Shown here one piece after another: positions 44,501 through 53,268 of a stretch of DNA of 64,000 nt. Under the pieces are notes generated by a model. It was not told the origin of the DNA, made no database searches, and saw only the letters and a list, made by a program, of their open reading frames with translations. Location: positions 1 through 64,000 of the IMG/VR virus record IMGVR_UViG_3300023281_001229, one strand, 5' to 3'. Origin of the DNA: a virus. A program made the position numbers and the translations under genes. The first letter of the stretch is position 1. Each line of letters begins with the position of its first letter.

Positions 44501-46486
44501 TTCCGGTTCTATGTAATATCCATTACTATCTCCAAAAACAGCTCCATATATTTTAATTTCATCATCAACTAGATAAGGTTTAGCAAAAGATGTATCTGGA
44601 GAGTGAAAAGTAAAATGTTTTTTACTGTAATCAGCATTAGGCGTATAGTTTATTAAACCGCCTGCTAATGGTTCAAAAGATGTAGGTTCTGTATTACTAG
44701 AAATAAATGGATCAGGTCTTAAATCATTATAAGGATAATTAGGATACAAAGCCTCACGATCCGTAACTAAATCAGGTGGAGTATATTTAAACATATTGTT
44801 TATCATACCTTTATACAAAACACTTTTGTTTCCGCCACGGCTTCCTCTTAATATTTCGTATCCAACAATATTAGTTATTACATTACCTTGGTTATCAACA
44901 GGAGGTTGAATGTTATCAAACCTAACACCCATGATTCTAATTTTTTCCCCACCGTCTACATAGTGATTTGTAATTGTATCATTACTGCCTCCTGAAGTTA
45001 TTACGTTTTCTGGAAACTTATGATGTCTAATGGGTTGTCCACATAAATCAAATTGAGGCTGTCCAGGTATATCGGAGTTCCAAACAATAGGATTTTTATC
45101 ATCATATAGTTCAGTTGATTCCCAATAACCCATTGTTCCTTCTGCTACAAGAACTCCACCATCTTCTAAAGTAGTATTAGGATTTGATGTTACTGTTGCT
45201 GTATTATATACTTCAAATACTTTAGGAGAATATGTTTCAATAATATTGTCTGTAGCTGGTGCATCCGCAACTTCACTTATTAAACCAGCATTTGCACCTG
45301 CGTCATTTGTTAAATACCAATCTGTTGCAGCTCTTCCGGGTACATGATATGCCCTACTTTTATCTCCTGTATTATAAACAAAACGAATAAAAAATGAATA
45401 TACTTCATCTCGCATGTATCCTATATTAGTTCCTGCGTTTTTGTAGTATTCATTTTTATATTCAACGGATTGCCAAAAGGTTTGTATTTGGTTAGCTAAA
45501 GGTTGATAATTAAAATCAAATTTGTTTGTTGGACCAACTCGTAAAGCATACTCACCTACTGTAAAAATAGCTTCAGATGTATCCGGAACAGGAGTTATTA
45601 AAGGTAAATTTTCTAAGGGAACTACAGGAAAAGTTAAATCTATAAAATCAATTACTATTTTTTCTTGTCTTGTAGAATAAACACCCATCCGTCTAGCAAC
45701 TGTTTTTTCAGCTTGAGTGTAAACTAATACTAATTCAAATTCATCAAAATTAATATCCATGTTTTTACATGTAATATCAATCGCGCTGTTTACATTGCTA
45801 TGTGTAAACATGGATATGACATTAGAAGGTAGTGAATAATCTGTTACTCTTTGCCCATCTAATATATAAGCTGTATGAACTTGATAAGTGCCATTATCTA
45901 AACTACCTTGACTAGGACCTTGTTCTATTGTTATGCAAGGTGCTCCAATAAAAGATTCTAATCTTATTTTATCACAATCTAATTCATCTGTATCAGTGCA
46001 TGTTGTACAACCGTTTACTGTAACACAGTTTTGAACCCAAGGTATATCTCCAATATCTAAAACTCTTGACACATTTCTGCCGTCATCCCAATAAACATTA
46101 AATGAACAATCAAAAGTTGGACGTAATATTCCTTTAATTAAATTGTCTGTATTAAAATTAAGACATTTATCATTTACAAGAACTTCATATTTGCAAGTAC
46201 CTTCTGTAAACTTTCCTATTTCAGAATCAGTATTATTTGTTGAAAATATTACCCACTCATCTTTCTCAATATGTATTGCACCAATAATAGTATAAGTAGC
46301 TACTGTGCAATAAGTATTAGCAGGTTCAGTAGCAAGTTTTCCTAGATCACCTTTTCTTGTATTATTAATAGCATTCCTAGCATAAGTCCATGCTCTATCT
46401 GGTAAATGATAATCGTTAGTATCTGTTACTAAAGCTTGATCAAATGTATTATTAGTTTGAAATGAAGATCCTCTTCCTTGTGCCAT
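41591..46486 (-). CDS. tail stabilization / muzzle protein (crAss-like)
   Basis: 1631 aa; motifs YWDDGRN, GYMRDEVYSFFIRF, MGYWESTE, PIRHHKFP, FGGDTYI and WTLSYDP..FISFHDW; follows the ring protein genes. Confidence 0.8.
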   Translation of the reverse strand: MAQGRGSSFQTNNTFDQALVTDTNDYHLPDRAWTYARNAINNTRKGDLGKLATEPANTYCTVATYTIIGAIHIEKDEWVIFSTNNTDSEIGKFTEGTCKYEVLVNDKCLNFNTDNLIKGILRPTFDCSFNVYWDDGRNVSRVLDIGDIPWVQNCVTVNGCTTCTDTDELDCDKIRLESFIGAPCITIEQGPSQGSLDNGTYQVHTAYILDGQRVTDYSLPSNVISMFTHSNVNSAIDITCKNMDINFDEFELVLVYTQAEKTVARRMGVYSTRQEKIVIDFIDLTFPVVPLENLPLITPVPDTSEAIFTVGEYALRVGPTNKFDFNYQPLANQIQTFWQSVEYKNEYYKNAGTNIGYMRDEVYSFFIRFVYNTGDKSRAYHVPGRAATDWYLTNDAGANAGLISEVADAPATDNIIETYSPKVFEVYNTATVTSNPNTTLEDGGVLVAEGTMGYWESTELYDDKNPIVWNSDIPGQPQFDLCGQPIRHHKFPENVITSGGSNDTITNHYVDGGEKIRIMGVRFDNIQPPVDNQGNVITNIVGYEILRGSRGGNKSVLYKGMINNMFKYTPPDLVTDREALYPNYPYNDLRPDPFISSNTEPTSFEPLAGGLINYTPNADYSKKHFTFHSPDTSFAKPYLVDDEIKIYGAVFGDSNGYYIEPEGHPRHKFVTDITMITAIVVGIGYAISQMNGTRNVKYKGYTIDSDPIFAGTSTSTGNIIPAGAALTAAETAALNTVGLQGFADGLTGQNSGNASTTVSAQQALKGAGLTAASIPSTGVTSGSIEIEYTDQDSSPGFFKAAIAALGNPMFLSYFAEGGDTTIKLIQALGSWQQHTLQYQSLCHFENFAAPYANNRRRLIGDSRYLERGVVNFKSNFVVNNRGRNECVIFDTTEDIEDLTGALADNSRPPRVSTLPANKVFDLYNRRASSHYVALKSRMRNQYGQLQTIRMVLASNCVSDIGNVNSGTLFGGDTYIGKYSEKNTLLYFQRWLNGQNDGAVINYFKEQMFNWTAFWMDTDPFDVAEFVQSVMAALGNLVSNPGSINTFFTDIVTPSDKHCFDRLNGTNGFFLLKKAYMYLFNSGVRDFFVESEFNVDCRDWLDDEAQQHYPVISDLKVLFKTDFIELDNYYRYDRSLSHSFMASQKFSWGVIQDREYDPLKSETCYTKFPRRLLYSLPQRSNAAGLSLIKKDFWTVFLPNNFADYDSNISSVKPINKTGALILFENEAPGMLPGVDQLQTMGGAAVTLGDGQLFARKLQQLNNSEKTYEYGSCQSRLSVLNTPAGLFWMNLNQGKIFQYAGGMKEISMSSNKYWLNQYLPYQLLKDFPEFEVLDNPVSGIGCQTIYDNEYSLVYFCKKDYRLKKNLPVSVEYIGGSNFLINSVLEVKAGNPDYFDNCSWTLSYDPKTQTFISFHDWHPDLSLGAKNTFLTTKGSSFWKHNNTCASFCKYYDVEYPFEVEFTTDTKFNVGTIRNIEYYIESYVYDTSNCFDRFHVLDHGFDEAILYNSEQVSGLLKLHLTPKNNIKELLLYPKVQLNYIDILFSKEEQKYRFNQFWDITKDRGEFTGVQENIWETEDNGYIRNLNEANLNYNKDQLQRKKFRHYNNKVILKRSKNTNVEILVSLARSNQQTSFR

Positions 46487-46502
46487 TGTTTATTTAGTTT
46501 AC

Positions 46503-47462
46503 TCAATTATAGCGACCTCCGCTTCTAAACATATTCCAATAATTATGGTATTGTGCTTTACGATTAACTTCCCAAATTTTTCTTAATTCATTAAAGTTTG
46601 GCGTATTTACTAAACTATAAGCATTATTACGAGATGACTTTAATCTTTGTTCAATTAATTGTACTTGATTAGGGTTTACTATTTCCCCATTCATTATCAT
46701 ATTTTCAAATACTCTTTGTTTAATTGCATACTCATAAAACTCATTTAGCATATCGTGATCAGGTACTAATAAATTACCTTCATCATCTTCCATGTTACCT
46801 TGATAGTTAATATAAATTTTACCAGTCTGAAAAGAAGGATATATAAATCCATTACGAATATATGCAGACTGTTTTGCTTGTGCAGTTTTATTAGGACAAT
46901 CGGCATCTACAACATCGGGATTATCTATAATCCTAACATTATACATATCTTTCCAAGTCCTAGTGTGATATTTATAATTTTGTACAAGAACCATAAAGTC
47001 CCCTTTGCAATTTAAATGAACATCACCTACCGGTTTGCAATTACAGTTAGTGTATTTTAATCCGCATTCACCACAAGGTTTTTTAACAACCACTGGCTCA
47101 CTTGTATAAGGCGCACATAAATCTACATCACTCCAATTTCCAGGATTATAAGTAGGGCCTACGCTTACATTTTCAACATGCGTACCAGAAATTAAAGGCT
47201 CTCTTACAGTATAACTGCCAAGAACAAAAGCAAAATTTAAAACATTAAAGTTATTAGGTAGTTTGGCTTTACCTTTTTCTACATCAAGGACTGCTTCTTT
47301 AGTTTTAAAAACACGCAACCCTAATTCATAGTTACATCTTTTAGCAACTTTAATAAACTCTTGAGGATTAATATAGTCTTGAAGATATAGTTTTTTAAAA
47401 TCCGATTGTATCTCTGCTAATAGCTGCTCGTAAGTTCTATATTTTAATTCTGTATGTGACAT
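46503..47462 (-). CDS. tail ring / tail tubular protein with a Cys-rich insertion
   Basis: KAKLPNNF, YIRNGFIYPSFQTGKIYINYQG..DDEGNLLVPD motifs; directly upstream of the muzzle gene. Confidence 0.7.
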   Translation of the reverse strand: MSHTELKYRTYEQLLAEIQSDFKKLYLQDYINPQEFIKVAKRCNYELGLRVFKTKEAVLDVEKGKAKLPNNFNVLNFAFVLGSYTVREPLISGTHVENVSVGPTYNPGNWSDVDLCAPYTSEPVVVKKPCGECGLKYTNCNCKPVGDVHLNCKGDFMVLVQNYKYHTRTWKDMYNVRIIDNPDVVDADCPNKTAQAKQSAYIRNGFIYPSFQTGKIYINYQGNMEDDEGNLLVPDHDMLNEFYEYAIKQRVFENMIMNGEIVNPNQVQLIEQRLKSSRNNAYSLVNTPNFNELRKIWEVNRKAQYHNYWNMFRSGGRYN

Positions 47463-47463
47463 A

Positions 47464-48135
47464 TTACCTCATTATATTTTTTGAATCATCCCCTGTATCA
47501 GGTGGTATTTTACCAAGCGTCATTAGCTCTTGTTGAGTTAATTGTTCAATTTCAGTAAATAAATAATCAGGTGCAGTAAAGTTTCTATCTTGAGCTTTTT
47601 GACAACTCTCATCTTCTACATTACAAAATCCTTCTATAGTATCTTCAAACATACCTTCTATAGAAACAGCGTCCCAATCTATATTTGGAAAATACAAGTA
47701 TCCGTTTTTATACCAATAGTATTTTGTTCGATTATATTTAAATGATGTGGACTTAGACATTGAAACATATACAGCAGATCTACATTGCTGCATAATATCT
47801 TGACCGTCAATAGATGCTATAGTTCTAAAAATAGGACCATCTGAATCTGTCATTAATTCAGGTAGTTTTTTTTCAGTTCTCATTATCTGACATCCAGATT
47901 TAATACCCGCACATCCAGCTTCAATTCTATCTACTTCTACTAACTCTACATAAGGTAATGTTTCAAATAAAGTATCTACTTGCATTATAGACTTTACTAC
48001 ATCATCTCTTTTCATTAAAGCTTTGGAGTGCTTTAGAAGCAAACTGTAAATAAATCGGTCAGTTAAAAAGGCATCTTCCGTTACTAACTTAAATACATTT
48101 CTAATCCGCGATATAGATTCTCTAATGGTTGTCAT
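47464..48135 (-). CDS. tail ring protein (crAss-like)
   Basis: 223 aa; RTEKKLP and YYWYKNGYLYFPN motifs; position next to the IHF-like and ring genes. Confidence 0.6.
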   Translation of the reverse strand: MTTIRESISRIRNVFKLVTEDAFLTDRFIYSLLLKHSKALMKRDDVVKSIMQVDTLFETLPYVELVEVDRIEAGCAGIKSGCQIMRTEKKLPELMTDSDGPIFRTIASIDGQDIMQQCRSAVYVSMSKSTSFKYNRTKYYWYKNGYLYFPNIDWDAVSIEGMFEDTIEGFCNVEDESCQKAQDRNFTAPDYLFTEIEQLTQQELMTLGKIPPDTGDDSKNIMR

Positions 48136-48137
48136 AA

Positions 48138-48629
48138 TTACACTTTTATATCCACAGTTGAATTATACTTTGCACTTAAACACCTAGACCAATTTTTTCT
48201 AAAATATTTACTTGCCCTTCTTTTATATGCTTGCAAAGGATTGAATCCATATAACTTTGTATGTTTAACCATTGTTCTCAACGTCTTATTCATAAAAGTA
48301 ATTCTCATCATATTGTTATCAGTATCCCAGTTTTTATGATATACTAACTTACCTTGTGCTTTAGATTTTGCATAATCTACAGGTTTCTTTTTAGATTTAC
48401 CGGCATTGTTTATAAAGATGCATCCAATGTTTTCTGGAAGTAAAACACCATAAATATTATTCATGGTTTCATCTGCCATATTTTCATTAAATTTTCGCAT
48501 AACTTTTATAATATCCGCTTTTGTTAAATTGTAACCCGGATATTTTTTATTAAAATCAGCTACTTCTTTGTAATTAATTACCTTACCTTTCTTTTCAGTT
48601 ACCCTTGATTTATTCAAATCTACATTCAT
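48138..48629 (-). CDS. IHF/HU-like DNA-binding protein
   Basis: basic 163 aa; helix followed by GVLLPENIGCIFI (HU-like beta arm) and VDYAKSK; same position as the IHF gene of crAss-like capsid modules. Confidence 0.6.
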   Translation of the reverse strand: MNVDLNKSRVTEKKGKVINYKEVADFNKKYPGYNLTKADIIKVMRKFNENMADETMNNIYGVLLPENIGCIFINNAGKSKKKPVDYAKSKAQGKLVYHKNWDTDNNMMRITFMNKTLRTMVKHTKLYGFNPLQAYKRRASKYFRKNWSRCLSAKYNSTVDIKV

Positions 48630-48641
48630 ATAATATACAAA
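48630..48641 (-). promoter_or_regulatory. putative late promoter motif TTTGTATATTAT
   Basis: copy of the 12-mer immediately adjacent to the ATG of the IHF-like gene, downstream of a terminator. Confidence 0.55.
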
Positions 48642-48669
48642 TTAAAACCCTAAAATACAAATTATATAT

Positions 48670-48699
48670 CAAAACAAAGCCCGAACTTAATCGGGCTTT
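48670..48699 (-). terminator. intrinsic terminator
   Basis: AAAGCCCGA-TTAAGT-TCGGGCTTT stem followed by GTTTTG on the - strand. Confidence 0.8.
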
Positions 48700-48737
48700 A
48701 TCCTAGTCAGTCACCAAGAAACCAACCTCTGCGACAT
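48670..48737 (-). ncRNA. candidate structured 3'-UTR / small RNA (hairpin with a GGUUGGUUU loop, then a terminator)
   Basis: GC-rich GUCGC...GUGAC stem in AT-rich intergenic DNA; bipartite complementarity to the leader at 61362-61380. Confidence 0.35.
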
Positions 48738-48753
48738 TTTTTTATACTGGTTA

Positions 48754-49521
48754 TTACGGTGGAGTTGCTACTCCTATCTCTTCTACTAATAATGATCCAC
48801 TAACTAACCACGCTGCTGGCGGTTCTGCAACCGCAGTAGCATCTTTAGTTCTAAACATTAATGAAATTGTTTCACCTGGATCAAGCGTTACTACTTGTAC
48901 TATTGTTTTACCTGGTGTAAATTGAATAGTTTGCATTCTTAAATCTAATGTAGATCCTTGATCATCTATTAGATTATGTACAGGTGTTCCTGAACCTATA
49001 TTTTCATTACCAGCAGCTCCCCAAAATAAATTACTTCTCATAGAATAAATACCGTATGCTTGTTCTATTATTACTCCTCCAGTTTTAACAATTGCTGCAT
49101 CAACCCATGAACCTACTTGTGTTTTATTACTTGATTGAATAATTTCGTGTTGATATGTTCCAAATACTTTATATTTTTTACTTTCAGAAGAAGGATTAGT
49201 ATAGTTTAAAGTAGTATATCCGGTTGGCTGAAAATAAGTCAAAGATGCCCACGCTGGATCTACACTTATATCTAATTGAGAATTTATTGAATCGTGAAAC
49301 AATTCTTTTGGTCTTCCTATAGTAAAAATAGTTTGGTTGCCAACAGTATTAGATTCTACAGTAAGATCATCTTCTGTAATTATATCAACACTAGATCCTG
49401 CACCGCCAGTTGATCCTGGGGGACCTTGAATACCTTGATCTCCTTTATCACCTTTAAAACCTCTTGGTCCTCTTAATTTTATGTTGTGACTTGCACAATT
49501 TTTATTACACTTATTACTCAT
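48754..49521 (-). CDS. collagen-like fibre protein with a C-terminal beta-rich (BclA/C1q-like) head
   Basis: short Gly-X-Y run (GPRGFKGDKGDQGIQGPPGSTG) after a Cys-containing N-terminus; beta-strand-rich C-terminus. Confidence 0.6.
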   Translation of the reverse strand: MSNKCNKNCASHNIKLRGPRGFKGDKGDQGIQGPPGSTGGAGSSVDIITEDDLTVESNTVGNQTIFTIGRPKELFHDSINSQLDISVDPAWASLTYFQPTGYTTLNYTNPSSESKKYKVFGTYQHEIIQSSNKTQVGSWVDAAIVKTGGVIIEQAYGIYSMRSNLFWGAAGNENIGSGTPVHNLIDDQGSTLDLRMQTIQFTPGKTIVQVVTLDPGETISLMFRTKDATAVAEPPAAWLVSGSLLVEEIGVATPP

Positions 49522-49532
49522 ATCTTATTTTT

Positions 49533-51272
49533 TTAAGGACACACTGGAACATTTAAACCTAATGCATTTAACGCAGCTACAACTATATTTCTATAATATA
49601 AACCATTTTGTGCAGGGAGTGTATCTAAATTAACATTATACTTGCTTCCATAATAATCCGCTAAATTATCATTAGGTTGATAAACTCCATTATTTACAAA
49701 TGTAGCTTGCGATAATCCTTTAAATCCAGGGAATTGATTATTACCTGTAGAAACTCTAAATTGAGTACCTCTTATATCATAAGTTAATGTGCTTTGTTGA
49801 TTTCTAGTATAAGTTACATCAGTATCAAATTGAGGCGCTCTTGATTGATTATCAAATGGTTGACCGCCACCATAACCATACACGTTTGATTCATCAGCAA
49901 AAGTTAAATTAATAACTTGAGTTACATTAGTATCTACTGTTCTTTGAAAATTTCTACCTTCTCCTAAACAACGAACAAATCTTTCATTGTAATTCCAAGC
50001 ACCACCTACATCAAACATTTTATGTACTTTAACTCTTTCATTATATAATGCCAAATCATTATTATAAATAGGTAATAAACATTCTCTTAAAGACTGTGTA
50101 GAAGAATTAATCATTTGGTTTAATCCCAATAAAGTTGTATTCATAGAACCTGAATTATCAAACCATACATTAATTTCTGTAGTATTTGATATTAAGGGGG
50201 GTTGTGTTGTACCTGTACAAGGTATAGAGTCTATACATTGAGGAGTACCGTTACATTCATTTACAGTAGAACCATCGGGACATGACCAAGTTCCTGCAGA
50301 ACCTGCAGCAGCTACATCAAATCCAATCAAACTGTTAGATGTAAATTCTAAGAAAGGTACTATATCGTTTTCATCATTACCGCATGCTGGTGATGTACCC
50401 GCTGAATCAGTTAAAACGTCTACAAATTTATCATAAGGGGATGCGTATGGTGCGTTAGGACCAAGACCAATATCACCCATATCATAAACTTCAAATCCTA
50501 TAGAACCTGTTATTCCCCATAACTCCTGTCCTGAAAACTTAATTATGTTAGTACCTGCAGGTAAAGTTATTGGAAACACCCACCAGTTGTAATCATAATC
50601 TGTACCACTTACTGAGTTTCTTAATTTAACTTGGTCAACAAAGCCACTTCCTGAATCAATAGATAGTGTCATATCATCTCCAGTCATACCAAAAAGATAT
50701 TGTTTTGGTGCAACTAACTCAATACAATATTCAAATGCTAACTCCGTTCCTTTAGGGTATCCCGTAGGCCAAATGCCAACTATATTTAATCTACCTTGGG
50801 TTTGATCTTGTATGCAAGTTCCAGAACCTACTCCCCATAATCTATTTTCTACAGGAGAAATTGCTAAAGGTACGGCAACACCTGTACCATTATTATCAAT
50901 TAATTGAAATGGATCTACAATAACATTGCCTAATAATGGTAATGTATAAGCAGAAAGATCATTATAAAGTCTTAATCCATTTGATGTATATAGTCTATCT
51001 TGATGACCTTGTGCTAATGTAGCTGTAGTTCCTGTGTAAACAGCAGATTCTTGTTGAACACAGTCATTAGTTATATAATTAAATTCATATCCTGCCGGAC
51101 ACTCGCATGGGCAAACTAAATCGCACCAATTAGCACCATCGTAATATTTAATTATGCAATTATTTGGATCTATAATTTGCGGAGTATTGGTATAATCATA
51201 AATACTTATATTACAGTCACAAGGACTGATATAATTTGTACCATCAAAAAATAAATATTTATCATTAGCCAT
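49533..51272 (-). CDS. putative adhesin / receptor-binding protein: Cys-rich modules, PA14-like domain, vWA-like domain
   Basis: likely start MANDKY at 51272; CECPAGYEFNYITNDC; INVWFDNSGSM (MIDAS-like DxSxS) and INLTFADE. Confidence 0.55.
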   Translation of the reverse strand: MANDKYLFFDGTNYISPCDCNISIYDYTNTPQIIDPNNCIIKYYDGANWCDLVCPCECPAGYEFNYITNDCVQQESAVYTGTTATLAQGHQDRLYTSNGLRLYNDLSAYTLPLLGNVIVDPFQLIDNNGTGVAVPLAISPVENRLWGVGSGTCIQDQTQGRLNIVGIWPTGYPKGTELAFEYCIELVAPKQYLFGMTGDDMTLSIDSGSGFVDQVKLRNSVSGTDYDYNWWVFPITLPAGTNIIKFSGQELWGITGSIGFEVYDMGDIGLGPNAPYASPYDKFVDVLTDSAGTSPACGNDENDIVPFLEFTSNSLIGFDVAAAGSAGTWSCPDGSTVNECNGTPQCIDSIPCTGTTQPPLISNTTEINVWFDNSGSMNTTLLGLNQMINSSTQSLRECLLPIYNNDLALYNERVKVHKMFDVGGAWNYNERFVRCLGEGRNFQRTVDTNVTQVINLTFADESNVYGYGGGQPFDNQSRAPQFDTDVTYTRNQQSTLTYDIRGTQFRVSTGNNQFPGFKGLSQATFVNNGVYQPNDNLADYYGSKYNVNLDTLPAQNGLYYRNIVVAALNALGLNVPVCP

Positions 51273-51273
51273 A

Positions 51274-51780
51274 CTACGCTCCTCCGCTTGCACATGGCTG
51301 AATCCAAATGTCGCCAGGTTTTATTGATTCATTACCTACACCCGGAACTTGATTAAGTCCGTAACCTTGTATAGTACCATATTGAGCATTAAAATCAGAT
51401 TGTGTAGGTTGAGCTACTTGTACAAAAACTGCTAAGCCTCTACCGCTATATCCTTGATCCCCTTGAACACCTTGATCGCCAGTAGCACCGGGAGCACCAT
51501 CAATACCGTTTGTTCCATTTATACCAGGAGTGCCAGGTAAGCCTTGAGGTCCCGTTCCTCCTCCCACACCTGCGTTGCCTTGCGGTCCAGTTAAACCTAT
51601 AGGTCCAGTAAGACCCGTAAGTCCTTGCAAACCTTGAGTACCTTGTGGTCCTTGTAAACCGGTATCTCCTTTTTCACCGGCATCTCCTTTATCTCCTTTA
51701 AAACCACGAGGCCCTCTCAGACCTTTTGGTAAAGCCTGGCAGTTTCCGTTACAACTGTTATCATTACAAACTTTACACAT
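51274..51780 (-). CDS. collagen triple-helix repeat protein (fibre)
   Basis: about 30 uninterrupted Gly-X-Y triplets; N-terminal CxxC..CxxxC; C-terminal KPGDIWIQ motif. Confidence 0.85.
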   Translation of the reverse strand: MCKVCNDNSCNGNCQALPKGLRGPRGFKGDKGDAGEKGDTGLQGPQGTQGLQGLTGLTGPIGLTGPQGNAGVGGGTGPQGLPGTPGINGTNGIDGAPGATGDQGVQGDQGYSGRGLAVFVQVAQPTQSDFNAQYGTIQGYGLNQVPGVGNESIKPGDIWIQPCASGGA

Positions 51781-51786
51781 ATTGTT

Positions 51787-52512
51787 TTATTTTGTGAATT
51801 TAGAATAAATGTGAGTAACTGTATCTGCTATATCATTAGGCGTACAAGTTAATACTATATATTGATTACTTGTCCAATCAATAGAAGTTGCTGCTATTGG
51901 ACTTGATATACTCGCAGAATCAGTGTAATTAACTAAACCTATTGGCATAAATTTAGTATCTGTTGCTATATCTAAAACTACTAATCCTCTAGTTCCAGTA
52001 CCACTAGCATTAGCATTAAAGCTAACACCATAATTTCCAAAATTTGCAAATGGAATAGGTGATCCTAAAAGGTCCGGAGTAGAATTAATATAAGCTTTCA
52101 GTCCTACAGAACCATTAACTGTGCTTTCTTTAGAGAACATCATTTCGTATCTCATTATGTCATTTTTTTCTAAAGAATTAGCCGGAATAAACATTGAACT
52201 TAATACTGACTCATCTGTAGTTGCAGTTACACTTCCAGGGAGAGTATTCTCAAAAGTTTTTTTAACTAGGAATTTACAGAAGTAATTAACTACGGCTTTA
52301 ATTGCTAAAGATAAACTAGTATTAGTTTCTACAAGAACGTCAGCCCCACATTGTAATGGTTCATCTGTATAGATAATACATTTAGAATCTGTTATTTCTG
52401 TGCATGGTTGAGGACTTGGGCATATTGCTTCTTCGCAACCGCAAGCGCAAGAACACAGTCCTTCTGTTGTAGCTTGAGTATGATTATTAGTTTGACAAGA
52501 TGTACACGACAT
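51787..52512 (-). CDS. Cys-rich fibre/structural protein
   Basis: N-terminal Cys-rich module (CTEITDSKCIIYTDEPLQC) and beta-rich C-terminus. Confidence 0.6.
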   Translation of the reverse strand: MSCTSCQTNNHTQATTEGLCSCACGCEEAICPSPQPCTEITDSKCIIYTDEPLQCGADVLVETNTSLSLAIKAVVNYFCKFLVKKTFENTLPGSVTATTDESVLSSMFIPANSLEKNDIMRYEMMFSKESTVNGSVGLKAYINSTPDLLGSPIPFANFGNYGVSFNANASGTGTRGLVVLDIATDTKFMPIGLVNYTDSASISSPIAATSIDWTSNQYIVLTCTPNDIADTVTHIYSKFTK

Positions 52513-52523
52513 TTTTTTTATTT

Positions 52524-53258
52524 TTAAGTATTATACACTGACATTGATGAAATTTGAACATTGCAATCAGCTCCTTCGCAGCTAACAACAAATCCTAATT
52601 TTAAAATAATGCCTAAAAGATTTAAGTAATCTGTAGCTGTTAAGGTTGTATGGTTTAATTCTAAATAATCCAAAACTATTCCTAAACCACTATAACCGCT
52701 ATAGCTAGAGCTTTCAAAAGCCCCTGCATTTAATAATGTTTCTGGATTAAAGTACGCATCGGTTGCTGTAGATAAAGCAGCCCATCTTGCAATTTTATCA
52801 TTAAAATCTGTATTGCAACATTTAACTATCGCTCCTCCAGATTTAGTTTCATATAATGCTTTTATTGTTTTCCAGGTTGATACACTTGCTTCATGTTCTA
52901 AGCAGCATATTTTTAACCAATTAGTAGTTGCTCTATCTAAAAAAGCAGTTATTTGCGTATCGTCAGAAATAAAGTATAATCCTGATTTACAATCTGGGCA
53001 ACATATATCAGTAGAGTTAGTTACTGAAATACCGTTAATTAAAACACTGAAAAGTGCAGTATCTATAGTATGAGTAAAGGGCACAGCTGCTGGAGGAGTT
53101 CCTTGCTCAACTAAAGCTGTATAATTTGATACTACTTTAGCGTCCATGCAAGTTGTTCCAACAAGGGAGAACGCTTCTTTTACAGCATACAATAATGGAT
53201 TTTCACATATTGTTGCTGCACAAGTGCATTTGCTATCTTTACATTTTTTACAACTCAT
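52524..53258 (-). CDS. Cys-rich structural protein, paralog A
   Basis: shares ICCPxC, CC..E.SV, CCxTDF and GxVVxC with 53269-53988. Confidence 0.65.
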   Translation of the reverse strand: MSCKKCKDSKCTCAATICENPLLYAVKEAFSLVGTTCMDAKVVSNYTALVEQGTPPAAVPFTHTIDTALFSVLINGISVTNSTDICCPDCKSGLYFISDDTQITAFLDRATTNWLKICCLEHEASVSTWKTIKALYETKSGGAIVKCCNTDFNDKIARWAALSTATDAYFNPETLLNAGAFESSSYSGYSGLGIVLDYLELNHTTLTATDYLNLLGIILKLGFVVSCEGADCNVQISSMSVYNT

Positions 53259-53268
53259 TTTTTATATT

